DNA of 64,000 nt. Source: Candidatus Rokuibacteriota bacterium. Its GTDB lineage: Bacteria; Methylomirabilota; Methylomirabilia; Rokubacteriales; CSP1-6. The stretch spans positions 15,224 through 79,223 of the forward strand of contig JACPIQ010000012.1 in the NCBI GenBank assembly GCA_016188005.1, given 5' to 3'. Position 1 is the first letter of the stretch. The number at the start of each line of letters is the position of its first letter. The translations under genes and the position numbers were made by a program. Below the pieces are notes generated by a model. It worked only from the letters and a program-made list of their open reading frames with translations, ran no database searches and was not told the origin of the DNA. Positions 19,302 to 29,428 of this stretch are shown here, in pieces.

Positions 19302-19606
19302 GGCGTTTCTCCTTCGGAAGGCAGCCACTTGGAGCGTGGCGCCGGAGCCACGTGTCGAGTAGGATCGCGTGCGATCCGCACCTTGCGCCATCGGTCCGCC
19401 AGAGTCTTGCGTCTTACCGCAACCCCTCACTCAGCCATGCGCACGGCAACCACTTCCCCTCGCGCGGCAAGCGCTGCGTACGGCTCTCCGCCTATCCCCC
19501 TGGTGGCCCACACTCCACCGCACCTTCAAGCAGTCAGCCACCACCGGCCCACGAACTCGGTCACGACCCTCCCACCCAACCGCGCGCTCCGTGGGTAACG
19601 CTCCGC

Positions 19607-20929
19607 CTATGGCCAGAACAGCTTTCTTGCAGCTGAGCGCAGTTCCGGTCGGAAGTCAGGATGGGCGATGTCTATCAACGCCTCGGCCCGCTCCCGTTGG
19701 GTCTTACCCTGAAGGCTCGCGGTGCCGAACTCCGTGACGACAAAATCCACGTAGTATCGAGGCGTCGTCACCACCGTACCCTCCGGCAGTTGGGGCACGA
19801 CCCGAGACACCTTGCCTCCCTGCGCCGTCGCCGGTAGCGCGATCACCGACCGTCCCCCCGGGGAGTTCACCGCGCCAATATTGAATGTCGTCTGTCCGCC
19901 AATGCCGCTGTATATGGACGGTCCAAGAGTGTGCGCTGCTACCTGGCCCGTGAGATCGATCGCCAGCGCCGTATTGACCGCGACCTGCCGGTGTTGCGCG
20001 GCAATCCTGCACAAATTGTTCGTGTACGTCACGCTGTACAGCTCGAACATCGGGTTCTCGTTGACAAACTGCAAATCGCTGGCCTCGACGAGCATGGCGC
20101 CCACCACCTTCCCCTGGTGCATGGACTTCCGTACTCCGTTAATCACACCTCGCTTTACCAGCTCGACCATGCTGCTCGTAATGACTTCCGAGTGCACGCC
20201 GAGATCATTCTTCTCACCGAGGAACGCGCAGACCGCTTCGGACACCGTTCCCACCCCGGTCTGAATGGTATCGCCATCTCGCACAAGCTCAGCGACCCCT
20301 TTCCCGATCACCTCCACCATCTGCTTCTCCTCTTCGCCAGGTGGCGGCGCCGTCGCCGTCACGTGCCCCTCAGTTTCGATCACGAGGTAGTCGATCTCAT
20401 CGACGTCAAGGAGGTTGTCGCCGCCTGTCCGGATGGTTCCCGGATCGACCTCTGCAATCGTGAGGCGCGCATTGAGAGCAAGCTCCTTCGAATACCAGCG
20501 GTGTACACCGAAGCTCACCTGTCCCTGCCCGTCGGGCGGGCCGACGACACACAAGAACACGTCAGGCACCCACCAACGGTCGCTACGCAACGGATCTTGC
20601 GTCCATGCCGGATACAGCGGGTAATCCACGGGCAGGAAGTCGACCAGACGCGCCTTCATCCCAGGTCGGTTGTACCCGCTGATATACTCGGACACCGGCT
20701 GAAACACTTCGGCCCAGCCCCCGTCGTTCCAGAAGGGCGCCTCATGGGCAGGGTACCCCTGCACGAGCTTCACGTGCTCGAGCCCATGCCCACGCCGAGC
20801 GAGAAGCGCCTTCATGATCGTGAGCGGAACCCGAGCGAGCGGCAACCGCACCACCTGTCCATTCCCGACCAACGATGCCGCCTGTTCGGCCGAGATGATC
20901 TTCTTTGCGTAACGCTCCTGCCAATCCAT
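19607..20929 (-). CDS. acetyl-CoA hydrolase/transferase family protein (succinyl-CoA:acetate/4-hydroxybutyrate CoA-transferase-like)
   Basis: Start MDWQERYAKKIISAEQAASLV. N- and C-terminal AcetylCoA_hydro domains (GVGTVSEAV..., SGIGGQTTF). Confidence 0.8.
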   Translation of the reverse strand: MDWQERYAKKIISAEQAASLVGNGQVVRLPLARVPLTIMKALLARRGHGLEHVKLVQGYPAHEAPFWNDGGWAEVFQPVSEYISGYNRPGMKARLVDFLPVDYPLYPAWTQDPLRSDRWWVPDVFLCVVGPPDGQGQVSFGVHRWYSKELALNARLTIAEVDPGTIRTGGDNLLDVDEIDYLVIETEGHVTATAPPPGEEEKQMVEVIGKGVAELVRDGDTIQTGVGTVSEAVCAFLGEKNDLGVHSEVITSSMVELVKRGVINGVRKSMHQGKVVGAMLVEASDLQFVNENPMFELYSVTYTNNLCRIAAQHRQVAVNTALAIDLTGQVAAHTLGPSIYSGIGGQTTFNIGAVNSPGGRSVIALPATAQGGKVSRVVPQLPEGTVVTTPRYYVDFVVTEFGTASLQGKTQRERAEALIDIAHPDFRPELRSAARKLFWP

Positions 20930-20958
20930 GACACTCCCTCCTGGCCAGCGCGCTCGCG

Positions 20959-22242
20959 CTAACGAACTCCCAGCGCCGCCGGTACCACGGTCGTAATCGT
21001 TGGGACAAAGATCAGGATGCCCAACCCCAGAAGCAACACAAGAAGAAAGGGGACCATCCCCCTGCTCACCTTGTCGATACTCACCTGCCCCACGGCGCAT
21101 CCAACAATGAGACCAACGCCGGCCGGAGGCACGAAGAGACCGATCCCGACCGCGGCGATCACTACAATCCCGTAATGGAGCGGGTTGATGCCCAGCTCTT
21201 CAACCACCGGAAGGAAGATCGGAACAAAAATCATCATGGCCGGAATCCCTTCGAGCAACGACCCGATGAACACGAAGACCAGGGACGTTACCAGCAGGAA
21301 GAACCACGGCCCCGACGACACCCCGGCGATGGCCCGGACGATGATCTGTGGGAGGTGTTGCACCGCCAAGAGGTACGACAGCACCGAGGCGGCTCCGATC
21401 AGCAGCATGATCACTCCCGTGTTCACCCCCGTATCAAGGAGGGCGTGCCACAGATCCCGAACCGTGATTGTCCGGTACACCGCCACTCCGAACACCAGGA
21501 CGTACAGTACCGCCACCGCTCCAGCCTCCGTCGGCGTGAAGACCCCACCCAGGATGCCGCCAAACATGATGACCGGGAGCCCCAGGGGCACCGCGGCTCC
21601 GGAAGCGGCCCTCAAGAACTCCCGCCACGTCGCCCGATCCTCTCGCGCAACGTCCAGTCTCCGCGCCTGCACGTAGACGAGGCCCATGATCAACACGGCG
21701 AGCACGGCCGCCGGAAGGAATCCCGCGAAGAACAACGCCGCCACAGACAACGACATCAGCTCGCCGAGGATGATCATGTTGATGCAGGGCGGGATCAGGA
21801 TCCCCATGGCAGACGCCGCCGAGATGATCGCGACCGAGTGCGGCCGCGCGTATCCTGCCCTCTGCATGGATGGGAGCAACATCGAAGATATGGCTGAGAC
21901 GTCCGCAACCGTCGATCCCGATATTCCCGAAAAGAACATCTCCGCCACGACCACGGCCATCCCGAGCCCACCGCGCAAGTGAGCCACGAGCGCCCGCGCC
22001 AGTGTCAACAGACGATGCGCGATTCCGCTCATCTCCATCAGCGTCCCCGCCAGGATGAAGAACGGAATGGCCAAGAGCACGAAGGAGTCACTTGCCGCTA
22101 CCATCCGACCGGGAATGAGCAGGAGCGGCACCGTCCCCGTCAGGAAGATCGCGATGACGGCGGCCACCCCCATCGTGAAGGCTATGGGGACTCCTAAGAC
22201 GAGCAGCATGACGAACACCACTCCCAGGAGCAGAAGGGTCAC
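20959..22242 (-). CDS. dctM: TRAP transporter large permease (DctM)
   Basis: 427 aa, ~12 TM, typical DctM N-terminus MTLLLLGVVFVMLLVLGVPIAFTMG. Confidence 0.85.
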   Translation of the reverse strand: MTLLLLGVVFVMLLVLGVPIAFTMGVAAVIAIFLTGTVPLLLIPGRMVAASDSFVLLAIPFFILAGTLMEMSGIAHRLLTLARALVAHLRGGLGMAVVVAEMFFSGISGSTVADVSAISSMLLPSMQRAGYARPHSVAIISAASAMGILIPPCINMIILGELMSLSVAALFFAGFLPAAVLAVLIMGLVYVQARRLDVAREDRATWREFLRAASGAAVPLGLPVIMFGGILGGVFTPTEAGAVAVLYVLVFGVAVYRTITVRDLWHALLDTGVNTGVIMLLIGAASVLSYLLAVQHLPQIIVRAIAGVSSGPWFFLLVTSLVFVFIGSLLEGIPAMMIFVPIFLPVVEELGINPLHYGIVVIAAVGIGLFVPPAGVGLIVGCAVGQVSIDKVSRGMVPFLLVLLLGLGILIFVPTITTVVPAALGVR

Positions 22243-22245
22243 TCG

Positions 22246-22707
22246 TTACGCCTCTCTCGCCGCCCGCATCCTCGCCACCACCCCGTAGGCTCTATAGCAT
22301 ACGTACCCAACCATGAGCCCGCCCGACACTGGAACAGCCAGATACTGCCAGCCGATCGAGATTCCCAATCCAGTGAATACCTGCCTGAAAGCGATCTTCG
22401 TCGCCGGAATTCCCTGCATCACCAGCACGGTGGCGAACACCAGCACAAACAGCTCAGTTGTGCCGGCAATCGCTTCCCGGACCCGAACAGGCAGCCGCGC
22501 CATGACCAGGTGGACGCCGAAGTGAGCACCGCGCTTGACCCCGACGGCGCCGCCGGTGAACGCGAGCCACACGAGCAGCATCTTCTGGAGCTCGTCGATC
22601 CCCGAGACCTGCAAGAGAAAGACGTACCTGAACAGTACGCCCGCGTTGGCCAGCACCACGAGCAGGGCGACCAACACGACGACGAGAGCTTCCGGCAGCT
22701 GTTCCAT
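22246..22707 (-). CDS. dctQ: TRAP transporter small permease (DctQ)
   Basis: 4-TM small protein immediately upstream of dctM. Start probably the internal MEQLPEAL (alternative 22794). Confidence 0.65.
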   Translation of the reverse strand: MEQLPEALVVVLVALLVVLANAGVLFRYVFLLQVSGIDELQKMLLVWLAFTGGAVGVKRGAHFGVHLVMARLPVRVREAIAGTTELFVLVFATVLVMQGIPATKIAFRQVFTGLGISIGWQYLAVPVSGGLMVGYVCYRAYGVVARMRAAREA

Positions 22708-22849
22708 CAGAATCCGCGCGCGTCCCCGCCTCACATCGTGACCCGAAGCGCCACTCTCACCCACCCCCATCCTCCGCGCCGTACGCGCCCCCAACCGCTC
22801 TAGAGCCGGCCCGCGCCCCGCCGGAGCCTTCCCCGCATTCCCGCACGCC

Positions 22850-23881
22850 TCACTTGCCAGCCTTCCCGATCTCCTTCACGAGACCCATGTCAACCGTCTT
22901 CACCACTTCCGGTACCTCCCACACACCGACCCCTAGGCTCCTCCACCTGCTCCGCTCCGCTGGCGTCGGCGTGTATACCTTCACACCCTTGTCCACCAAG
23001 TACTTTCGAGAAGTCCGGACGTCGTCCTCGTCCAGCTTCGCCGCGTACTTCGCGGCCTGGTCGGCCTCCTCGGAAATCATCTTCTGCATATCCGCCGGCA
23101 ACGAGCTGAAGAAGGTTGGCTCAACCAGCACCACCCATGCGATCGCGTACAGGTCCAGGTCGAGAGCGTACCGGATCACCTCGTGGTGTTTGAACGGCAC
23201 CAGCCAATTCCACAGCAGCAACTCGCCATCCACGACACCCTGCTGTAATCCGCTGTACGTTTCTCCCCAGTCCACGAACGTCGGAAGCCCACCGAATGCC
23301 CTCACGATCGCCTGTTCGACCGGGGAGGTCGTGGTCCTGATCTTCAACCCCCGCACGTCCTCCGGCACCCGCACCGCCTTCTTCGACGTATAGAGCTGGC
23401 GAAATCCACCGATATCCTGATACCACAGCACCTTCAGCTTGGTGTCCCGCTCGATCTCCCTGTTCATCTTCGTCCCGATCGGGCCCCACAGCACCTCGTG
23501 AAGGTGCCCTCTATCCGTGAACAAGAAGGGCAGATCGAGCACGTTCAGCGTCTTCTGGAACGCGGCAAAGTTCCCGTTCGACACTGCCGCCATCTCCAGT
23601 ACCTTGCTCTGCATGGCCTCGACCGCCGCCCTGGGTCCGTACAATGAATTGCTCGGATACACCTCGACGACTATTCTCCCGCCCGACCGCTCCTTGACCC
23701 TGTCCGCAAACCGCTGCAACACGACACCGGACGCCTGTTTCGCTGCGGCCGGCGAAGCCAGCTTGATCGTTATCGGCTTCTGGGCGAAAACGTCTCGCGG
23801 ACCCAGAAGCGCGCCCATCGTCACGAACACCGCAAACAGCACGCAGAATCCCCGCCTAAGCCCCAAGCGTTCAGTCGTCAT
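22850..23881 (-). CDS. dctP: TRAP transporter solute-binding protein (DctP family)
   Basis: Signal peptide, DctP-family length and motifs (e.g. DLPFLF). Confidence 0.85.
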   Translation of the reverse strand: MTTERLGLRRGFCVLFAVFVTMGALLGPRDVFAQKPITIKLASPAAAKQASGVVLQRFADRVKERSGGRIVVEVYPSNSLYGPRAAVEAMQSKVLEMAAVSNGNFAAFQKTLNVLDLPFLFTDRGHLHEVLWGPIGTKMNREIERDTKLKVLWYQDIGGFRQLYTSKKAVRVPEDVRGLKIRTTTSPVEQAIVRAFGGLPTFVDWGETYSGLQQGVVDGELLLWNWLVPFKHHEVIRYALDLDLYAIAWVVLVEPTFFSSLPADMQKMISEEADQAAKYAAKLDEDDVRTSRKYLVDKGVKVYTPTPAERSRWRSLGVGVWEVPEVVKTVDMGLVKEIGKAGK

Positions 23882-23937
23882 CTTCGCTCCTCCTTAGATA
23901 GCGCTCCGTCCAGCCGCCTGTCACCATTGCCCCGGGG

Positions 23938-25218
23938 TCATCTGAGAAGAACTTCGGGCAACACCGTCGTGAACCACGGAACCAGCGTCAGAACCACCAT
24001 TCCGACCGACAGCACTACGAGAAACGTCACCATCGGCTTGAACACCTCCTGCATGCTGACCTTGCCGATCGTGCACCCTGTCACCAGACCGGCGCCGATG
24101 GGAGGAAGGAACAACCCGATGCCGACCGAGGCCACCACGAGGGTCAGGAAATGCAGCACGTTGATTCCCAGCTTGTCCACTACGGGCAGCAGTATCGGGA
24201 CGAAAATCAGTGCTGCCGGAAGGCCCTCGAGCACGGCTCCGCCGAGCACGAAGATCAGATTCGCCAGTATCAGGAAGACCCACGGGGCAAACGACACCGA
24301 CACCATCACCTTCGCGGCGCTCTCCGGCACGTGTTCCACCGCGAGGAGGTACGAGAAAATCGTGGCGAGCGCCACCAACAGGAGCACGCTCCCGGAGATG
24401 ACAGCGCTGTCGGCCAGAATCCTCGGCAGATCGGCGATCCGCACCTCGCGATAGACGAACACACCGACCGCGAATGCGTACAAGACCGCGACCCCCGCGG
24501 CCTCGGTGGGCGTCGTCGCTCCACTTAGGATCCCGCCGAAGATGATCACGGGCATGCCCAGCGGGATGAGCGCGTCGATGAGGGCGTTCCCCAGCTCGCG
24601 CAGCGACGCCCGCCCCTCCGAAGGCAGCTGGTACCGGCGCGCTTGATAGAACAGCATGGCCATGATGACCAGCGCGAGCACCATCGCCGGAACGACCCCC
24701 GCGATGAACAGCGCGGCAACAGAGACGTTCGCGATGCCCGCCAGCACCACCATCAGGATGCATGGCGGGATCAGGATCCCCATCGCCGAGGCTGCAGCGA
24801 TGATGGCGACCGAATACGGGGCCGGGTATCCACTTCGCCGCATCGCAGGGAGCATCATCGCCGACATCGCCGAGACATCGGCGAGGGTGGACCCGGAAAT
24901 CCCGGAAAAGAACATCTCCGACACCACCACTCCCATCCCCAGCCCGCCCCGAACGTGACCGACCAGGGCCCGCGCGAGACGGACGAGTCGATGGGAGATA
25001 CCCCCGGTATCCATCAGGGCACCAGCCACGATGAACAACGGCACTGCTAGGAGCGTGAAAGAGTCCACACCGGACAGCGCTCTCTCGACGATCAACGAAA
25101 GCCTCAACGCCGGGTGGATGACGAGCACCACGAAGGACGTCACCCCCAGCGCAAAGGCCACCGGTATTCCCACAACGACACTCCCCGCAAACACCACGGT
25201 CAACACGAGCAGAATCAT
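23938..25218 (-). CDS. dctM: TRAP transporter large permease (DctM), second system
   Basis: Start MILLVLTVVFAGSVVVGIPVAFALG. Paralogue of 20959-22242. Confidence 0.85.
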   Translation of the reverse strand: MILLVLTVVFAGSVVVGIPVAFALGVTSFVVLVIHPALRLSLIVERALSGVDSFTLLAVPLFIVAGALMDTGGISHRLVRLARALVGHVRGGLGMGVVVSEMFFSGISGSTLADVSAMSAMMLPAMRRSGYPAPYSVAIIAAASAMGILIPPCILMVVLAGIANVSVAALFIAGVVPAMVLALVIMAMLFYQARRYQLPSEGRASLRELGNALIDALIPLGMPVIIFGGILSGATTPTEAAGVAVLYAFAVGVFVYREVRIADLPRILADSAVISGSVLLLVALATIFSYLLAVEHVPESAAKVMVSVSFAPWVFLILANLIFVLGGAVLEGLPAALIFVPILLPVVDKLGINVLHFLTLVVASVGIGLFLPPIGAGLVTGCTIGKVSMQEVFKPMVTFLVVLSVGMVVLTLVPWFTTVLPEVLLR

Positions 25219-25444
25219 TCCGTGCTCACCTCTTGCGTTCTCCATCTCACCGACAGGCTGCGGACGAAGACATGAACCAGACCGCTTCCAGGGATACGGC
25301 CGACGGGCTTCACCATGCCGCGCCGCGGTCCGCCGATCCGATGTCAGGGCCTGGGCTAGCTGGGCGCGCTAGGGTCACGCGGGCTGCGCCGCCGGGACCA
25401 GCCGTTCATCCGGGCGACGTGCCGAGTGACTCGATCCAGACGAG

Positions 25445-25909
25445 CTACCCTGTGCGCGCGTCATGCCCGCCTGACACAACTCGCACTGCGGCGTAGGTGA
25501 CCATCAGCCCACCGGACACGGGAATGGCCAGATACGCCCACGCCATCGAGATGCCGATCGTGACGTACTGCACAACCACCATCTGTCGGAGAACTACAAC
25601 TCCCACGATCAGGAATACCGCCCCAAACGCCATCATCGCCAGGTTACTGAGCGTGAACAGAGAGCGCCGCAGCGAGTCGGGCAAGGCCGAGACCACCAAC
25701 GCGACCGCGAAGTGACTCCCCCGTCTCACCCCAATCGCCGCCCCCATGAACGTGACCCATATCAGCAGCAGGCGGCTCGCCTCGTCTGACCACATGAGAG
25801 GATCGTTCAGGAGATACCTGAAGACCACCGCGAGATTCGTCACCACAATGAGGACTGCGAACAGCGCCGCCATCACCATCTCCGGAACATTCGCCAGAGC
25901 CCGGGCCAT
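25445..25909 (-). CDS. dctQ: TRAP transporter small permease (DctQ), second system
   Basis: 154 aa, 4 TM. Confidence 0.7.
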   Translation of the reverse strand: MARALANVPEMVMAALFAVLIVVTNLAVVFRYLLNDPLMWSDEASRLLLIWVTFMGAAIGVRRGSHFAVALVVSALPDSLRRSLFTLSNLAMMAFGAVFLIVGVVVLRQMVVVQYVTIGISMAWAYLAIPVSGGLMVTYAAVRVVSGGHDARTG

Positions 25910-25924
25910 GTGCGCGCCGAGGGA

Positions 25925-26935
25925 CTAGCGCTTGAAGGCCTGCACTCGCTTGATCATGTCCGGGCCGACCTGAGCCTTGAATTCGTCCCAGACGGTCATT
26001 GCCTTCTTCTTCCACTGTTCGAGATCCGCCCCCGTGGGCGCATACAGCTTGACGCCGGCTTCAGCCAGCTTCGCCCGGGCATTCTCGTTCTGCTCCTGAT
26101 CGAGCTTGTAGGCCAGCTCGACGGCTTCGATGGCGCTCTTGCGGACGACTTCCTGATCTGCAGGGGATATCTTGTTCCAGGCCTCTCGCCGCATCGACAC
26201 CACCTGGACGTCTGCGGACGCGTTGGGCTCCGCAATGTACTTGATCACCTCGTGATGCTTCGGGAAGTACACCCACTGATGTTGCAGGTATTCGCCGTCG
26301 ACGGTGCCCTGCTGCAACGCCGTGTAGACCTCCGCGAAGCTCACGGGTGTCGGCCTCGCTCCCCACGCCTTCAAGAGCGCGATCTCCACCTTCGAGGAGG
26401 TGGCTCTCATCTTGAGTCCCTTGAGATCGTCCGGCACCCGGACAGCCTTGCGCGCGGTAGCCACGGTCCGAAAGCCCTGTCCCGGGAAGAACATCAGCAC
26501 CTGGACGTTCAGCTCCTTTCCCACGCGTGCCTTGATCTCCTCACCGATAGGGCTGTAGTTGAAGACGTCGACGACATGGCGCAGGTCCTTGAACACATAC
26601 GGGAGCCCGGCAAGGTACAGCGCTTCAGTGAGTGCCCCGATGTTGCTGCTCGAGATCGAGGCGATCTCGATGTTGCCCTGCATCACTCCGCGGTAGGCGT
26701 CCACCTCCAGTGCTAACCGTCCCGCCCCGTATACCTCAATCACCACTCGCCCATTCGTTCGCTCCTTGACCCACGCGGCGAACTGATCGTAGCCCCGGGA
26801 GTACGACATGGCGGGACTTCCTGCGTGCGCGAACTTGAGGATGGCCTGAGCACGCGCCACGCCCGCGCTTCCGATGAGCAGAACCACTGCCGCAAGGATG
26901 ATCGTCCCCAAGGATCTCGCCTTCGCCATGGCCAT
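25925..26935 (-). CDS. dctP: TRAP transporter solute-binding protein (DctP family), second system
   Basis: Signal peptide MAMAKARSLGTIILAAVVLLIGSAGVARA, DctP family. Confidence 0.85.
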   Translation of the reverse strand: MAMAKARSLGTIILAAVVLLIGSAGVARAQAILKFAHAGSPAMSYSRGYDQFAAWVKERTNGRVVIEVYGAGRLALEVDAYRGVMQGNIEIASISSSNIGALTEALYLAGLPYVFKDLRHVVDVFNYSPIGEEIKARVGKELNVQVLMFFPGQGFRTVATARKAVRVPDDLKGLKMRATSSKVEIALLKAWGARPTPVSFAEVYTALQQGTVDGEYLQHQWVYFPKHHEVIKYIAEPNASADVQVVSMRREAWNKISPADQEVVRKSAIEAVELAYKLDQEQNENARAKLAEAGVKLYAPTGADLEQWKKKAMTVWDEFKAQVGPDMIKRVQAFKR

Positions 26936-27368
26936 CGCCCTCCTTTGCGTCTCAGCGCCGACGCATGTCTTCCCTCTCCACCGCGCCCATCCCTGGTGAA
27001 ACCACTATGCCCATCTTCCAATCGCACCCATCACCGAGCGTTACCGCGCACTCCGGTCGGCCTTGCCTGTGGCCTTGAAGGTTCGCCCTACCTTCCTGGC
27101 TTGCCCCCGTGTGGCAGGAGTTGAGGAACAGGCCCCCCGCGCCCGCGTCGCACTCCCCCTCCCGCCTGTCGCGCGCGCGCCCGAATGGCCCGCATCTCGC
27201 TCGTGGCCACCCGAGGAAGCTGTGTGCGGCGATGGAAAGATGGAAAGGAGGAACGGACATGGCGGACCGAGCAGGATTCACGCCCAGCACACCGCAGCGG
27301 ACGCGATCCAGCGCGGCCAGCTGCAAGGCTTCAGCGACCGCAACCGCCCTCCCTGCGACGGTTCACGC

Positions 27369-28442
27369 TCACGCCTGCAGTTTCGACCAGACCTCGGCCG
27401 CAAACAGTCGGATCGAGTCCAACGTCCGCTGGTGCGCGAGCCCTGGGAAACTCATTCGACACACGATGTGACGCACATCCGCCTCGCTCTGATACACCTT
27501 GATCTTGTCCAGAACCTCGTCAGGATCCCCGACGATGAACCGGTCCTCGTTCAGCTCCGAGAAATCTACCGGCCGACCGACATATCGGCTATACAGTTGC
27601 GCCAGCGGCTCCATGACGTCCCGACGAGCCGCCTCCCTGCTCTCAGCCACGTACACTTCCCGGATGGTCGTCATCTCCACATCGGCGATATCCCTGCCGG
27701 CTTCCTGCAGCGCCGCGGCGTAGATCAGGGATGCCTGCTTCACCTCGGCGAACGTCTCTATCGGCGAGACCAGCAACGAGTACCCCCTCTTCGCGGCGAA
27801 CTTGATGCTCTCCTCCGACGAGGCCCCGACCCAGATTGGCGGATGCGGCATCTGGACTGGCTTCGGCGTCACCGGGAGATACTTCGGTCGGACACCACCT
27901 CTCTGCCACTGAACGACGTACGGTCGCACATACGGTTCCACCGAGAACGCTGCCCCTCCCGATCCCAACGCCGCCAGCACAGGAACCTTGTAGTACCGTC
28001 CCGCGTACGCGAACGAATCGTTCGTCCATGCCTTCACAACGATGTCGAGGGCCTCGGAGAATCGCTCCCATCTGTTGCCAAATTCGACGCGGTAGCCGCG
28101 AAACTCCTCCTCCCGATGTCCAGCCCCCACCCCAAACAGCAGCCGTCCATTCGAAACGATGTCGACCACCGCGAAATCCTCGGCAACACGCACCGGATTA
28201 TCGAGAGGTAGCACCTTCACACCGGTACCAATCCGCACACCCTTCGTCGTCGTGGCGATCGCCGCCAGCATGGTCTGCAGCGAGGGCAGAACTTGGTCGT
28301 CGCCAAAATGATGTTCCGCAACCCACACAGAATCGTAGCCGATGTCGTCGGCCACCCTCACCTGCTCCAGCACTTCGTCGTACAGGTCAACAGGCTCTTG
28401 GCGCCCGTCCGTATCGAGGCTGAAGAACAGTCCCGTTCTCAT
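27369..28442 (-). CDS. LLM-class flavin-dependent oxidoreductase
   Basis: MRTGLFFSL...VWVAEHHF...PHPPIWVGA pattern. Confidence 0.8.
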   Translation of the reverse strand: MRTGLFFSLDTDGRQEPVDLYDEVLEQVRVADDIGYDSVWVAEHHFGDDQVLPSLQTMLAAIATTTKGVRIGTGVKVLPLDNPVRVAEDFAVVDIVSNGRLLFGVGAGHREEEFRGYRVEFGNRWERFSEALDIVVKAWTNDSFAYAGRYYKVPVLAALGSGGAAFSVEPYVRPYVVQWQRGGVRPKYLPVTPKPVQMPHPPIWVGASSEESIKFAAKRGYSLLVSPIETFAEVKQASLIYAAALQEAGRDIADVEMTTIREVYVAESREAARRDVMEPLAQLYSRYVGRPVDFSELNEDRFIVGDPDEVLDKIKVYQSEADVRHIVCRMSFPGLAHQRTLDSIRLFAAEVWSKLQA

Positions 28443-28458
28443 CGCCCGCCCCTACTCC

Positions 28459-29418
28459 TCACGCGCCCTGCCCACGGCTCCCCTGCAGCACGGACACGAA
28501 CGGGGACCCTGAGTAGTACACCTGCCCCTCCGAGCGCCCTTCCGCCCGCGGCTCCATGCGCGCACGACCAGCAGGAGCCGCCACACTCACCTCCACCTTC
28601 AGAATGCGGGCGGCATTCCTGAACATCACCTTCTCCCTCACGTCCTCATTGAACGGGAGCTTCTCGTACCGCTTCAAGCTCTCCTTGAAATCAACAAACG
28701 GATGCGCGCTGGCATACAGCACCTTGTCGGCAATGATGGTGTTTGCCGCCTGCACGTATAACTCGGCTCCCGGCATGAGCTCGTACGCGGACCAGTCGAA
28801 GAACACGTTGACATGCCGCATCGCGACACCGACCATCTCCGTGACCCACGGGAATCCCCCATGGCTAACAACAATCGTCAGCTCCGGGAAGTCCGCCGCG
28901 ACTTCATCGATGACTCTCGGCGCCGTGTGCTCCATGACAGACCCGGGCACGAACGCACCCGGTCCACTCGTGAGAATCACCGGAACACCCAGCTCCGCAC
29001 ATTTCGCGTACACCGGATACAGCTTCTTGTCATTTGCGTATCGCCTGTGCATGTACGGATCCATCGAGATCCCCTTGAACTTCAGCTTCTCGATGCACCG
29101 CTGCACTTCCCGGACGGCCTCCATCCCCTTGTTGGGATCAACTCCTCCAAACGCGACAAAATTCCGAGGAAAGCGCTGCACGATGCTGGCGACGTGGTCA
29201 TTGGAGACCTTCCACCCGAACGTCGTCTCGAGATCTCTTCCCTGCACGACGGCCAGCGAAATGCCGGCGGTCTCCATCTCCCTGACCAAGTGCTCCACGG
29301 GCGAGGTCTTCTTTTCGTAGCCGATCCATTTCATCATGTCCTTGAATACCGGATTGTCCGCGATCGACACGAACTCCGCCGTGGAGGGTCGAACGCGAAA
29401 GTCGATAATGTTCGTCAT
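28459..29418 (-). CDS. amidohydrolase_2 (ACMSD/LigW/LigJ-like metal-dependent decarboxylase/hydratase family) with ~45-aa C-terminal extension
   Basis: Start MTNIIDFRVRP preceded by GAGGTGG. TIM-barrel amidohydrolase-2 motifs (VVSHGGFPW, FDWSAY). Tail VSVAAPAGRARMEPRAEGRSEGQVYYSGSPFVSVLQGSRGQGA follows the normal family C-terminus. Confidence 0.8.
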   Translation of the reverse strand: MTNIIDFRVRPSTAEFVSIADNPVFKDMMKWIGYEKKTSPVEHLVREMETAGISLAVVQGRDLETTFGWKVSNDHVASIVQRFPRNFVAFGGVDPNKGMEAVREVQRCIEKLKFKGISMDPYMHRRYANDKKLYPVYAKCAELGVPVILTSGPGAFVPGSVMEHTAPRVIDEVAADFPELTIVVSHGGFPWVTEMVGVAMRHVNVFFDWSAYELMPGAELYVQAANTIIADKVLYASAHPFVDFKESLKRYEKLPFNEDVREKVMFRNAARILKVEVSVAAPAGRARMEPRAEGRSEGQVYYSGSPFVSVLQGSRGQGA

Positions 29419-29428
29419 CTCGCCACCT

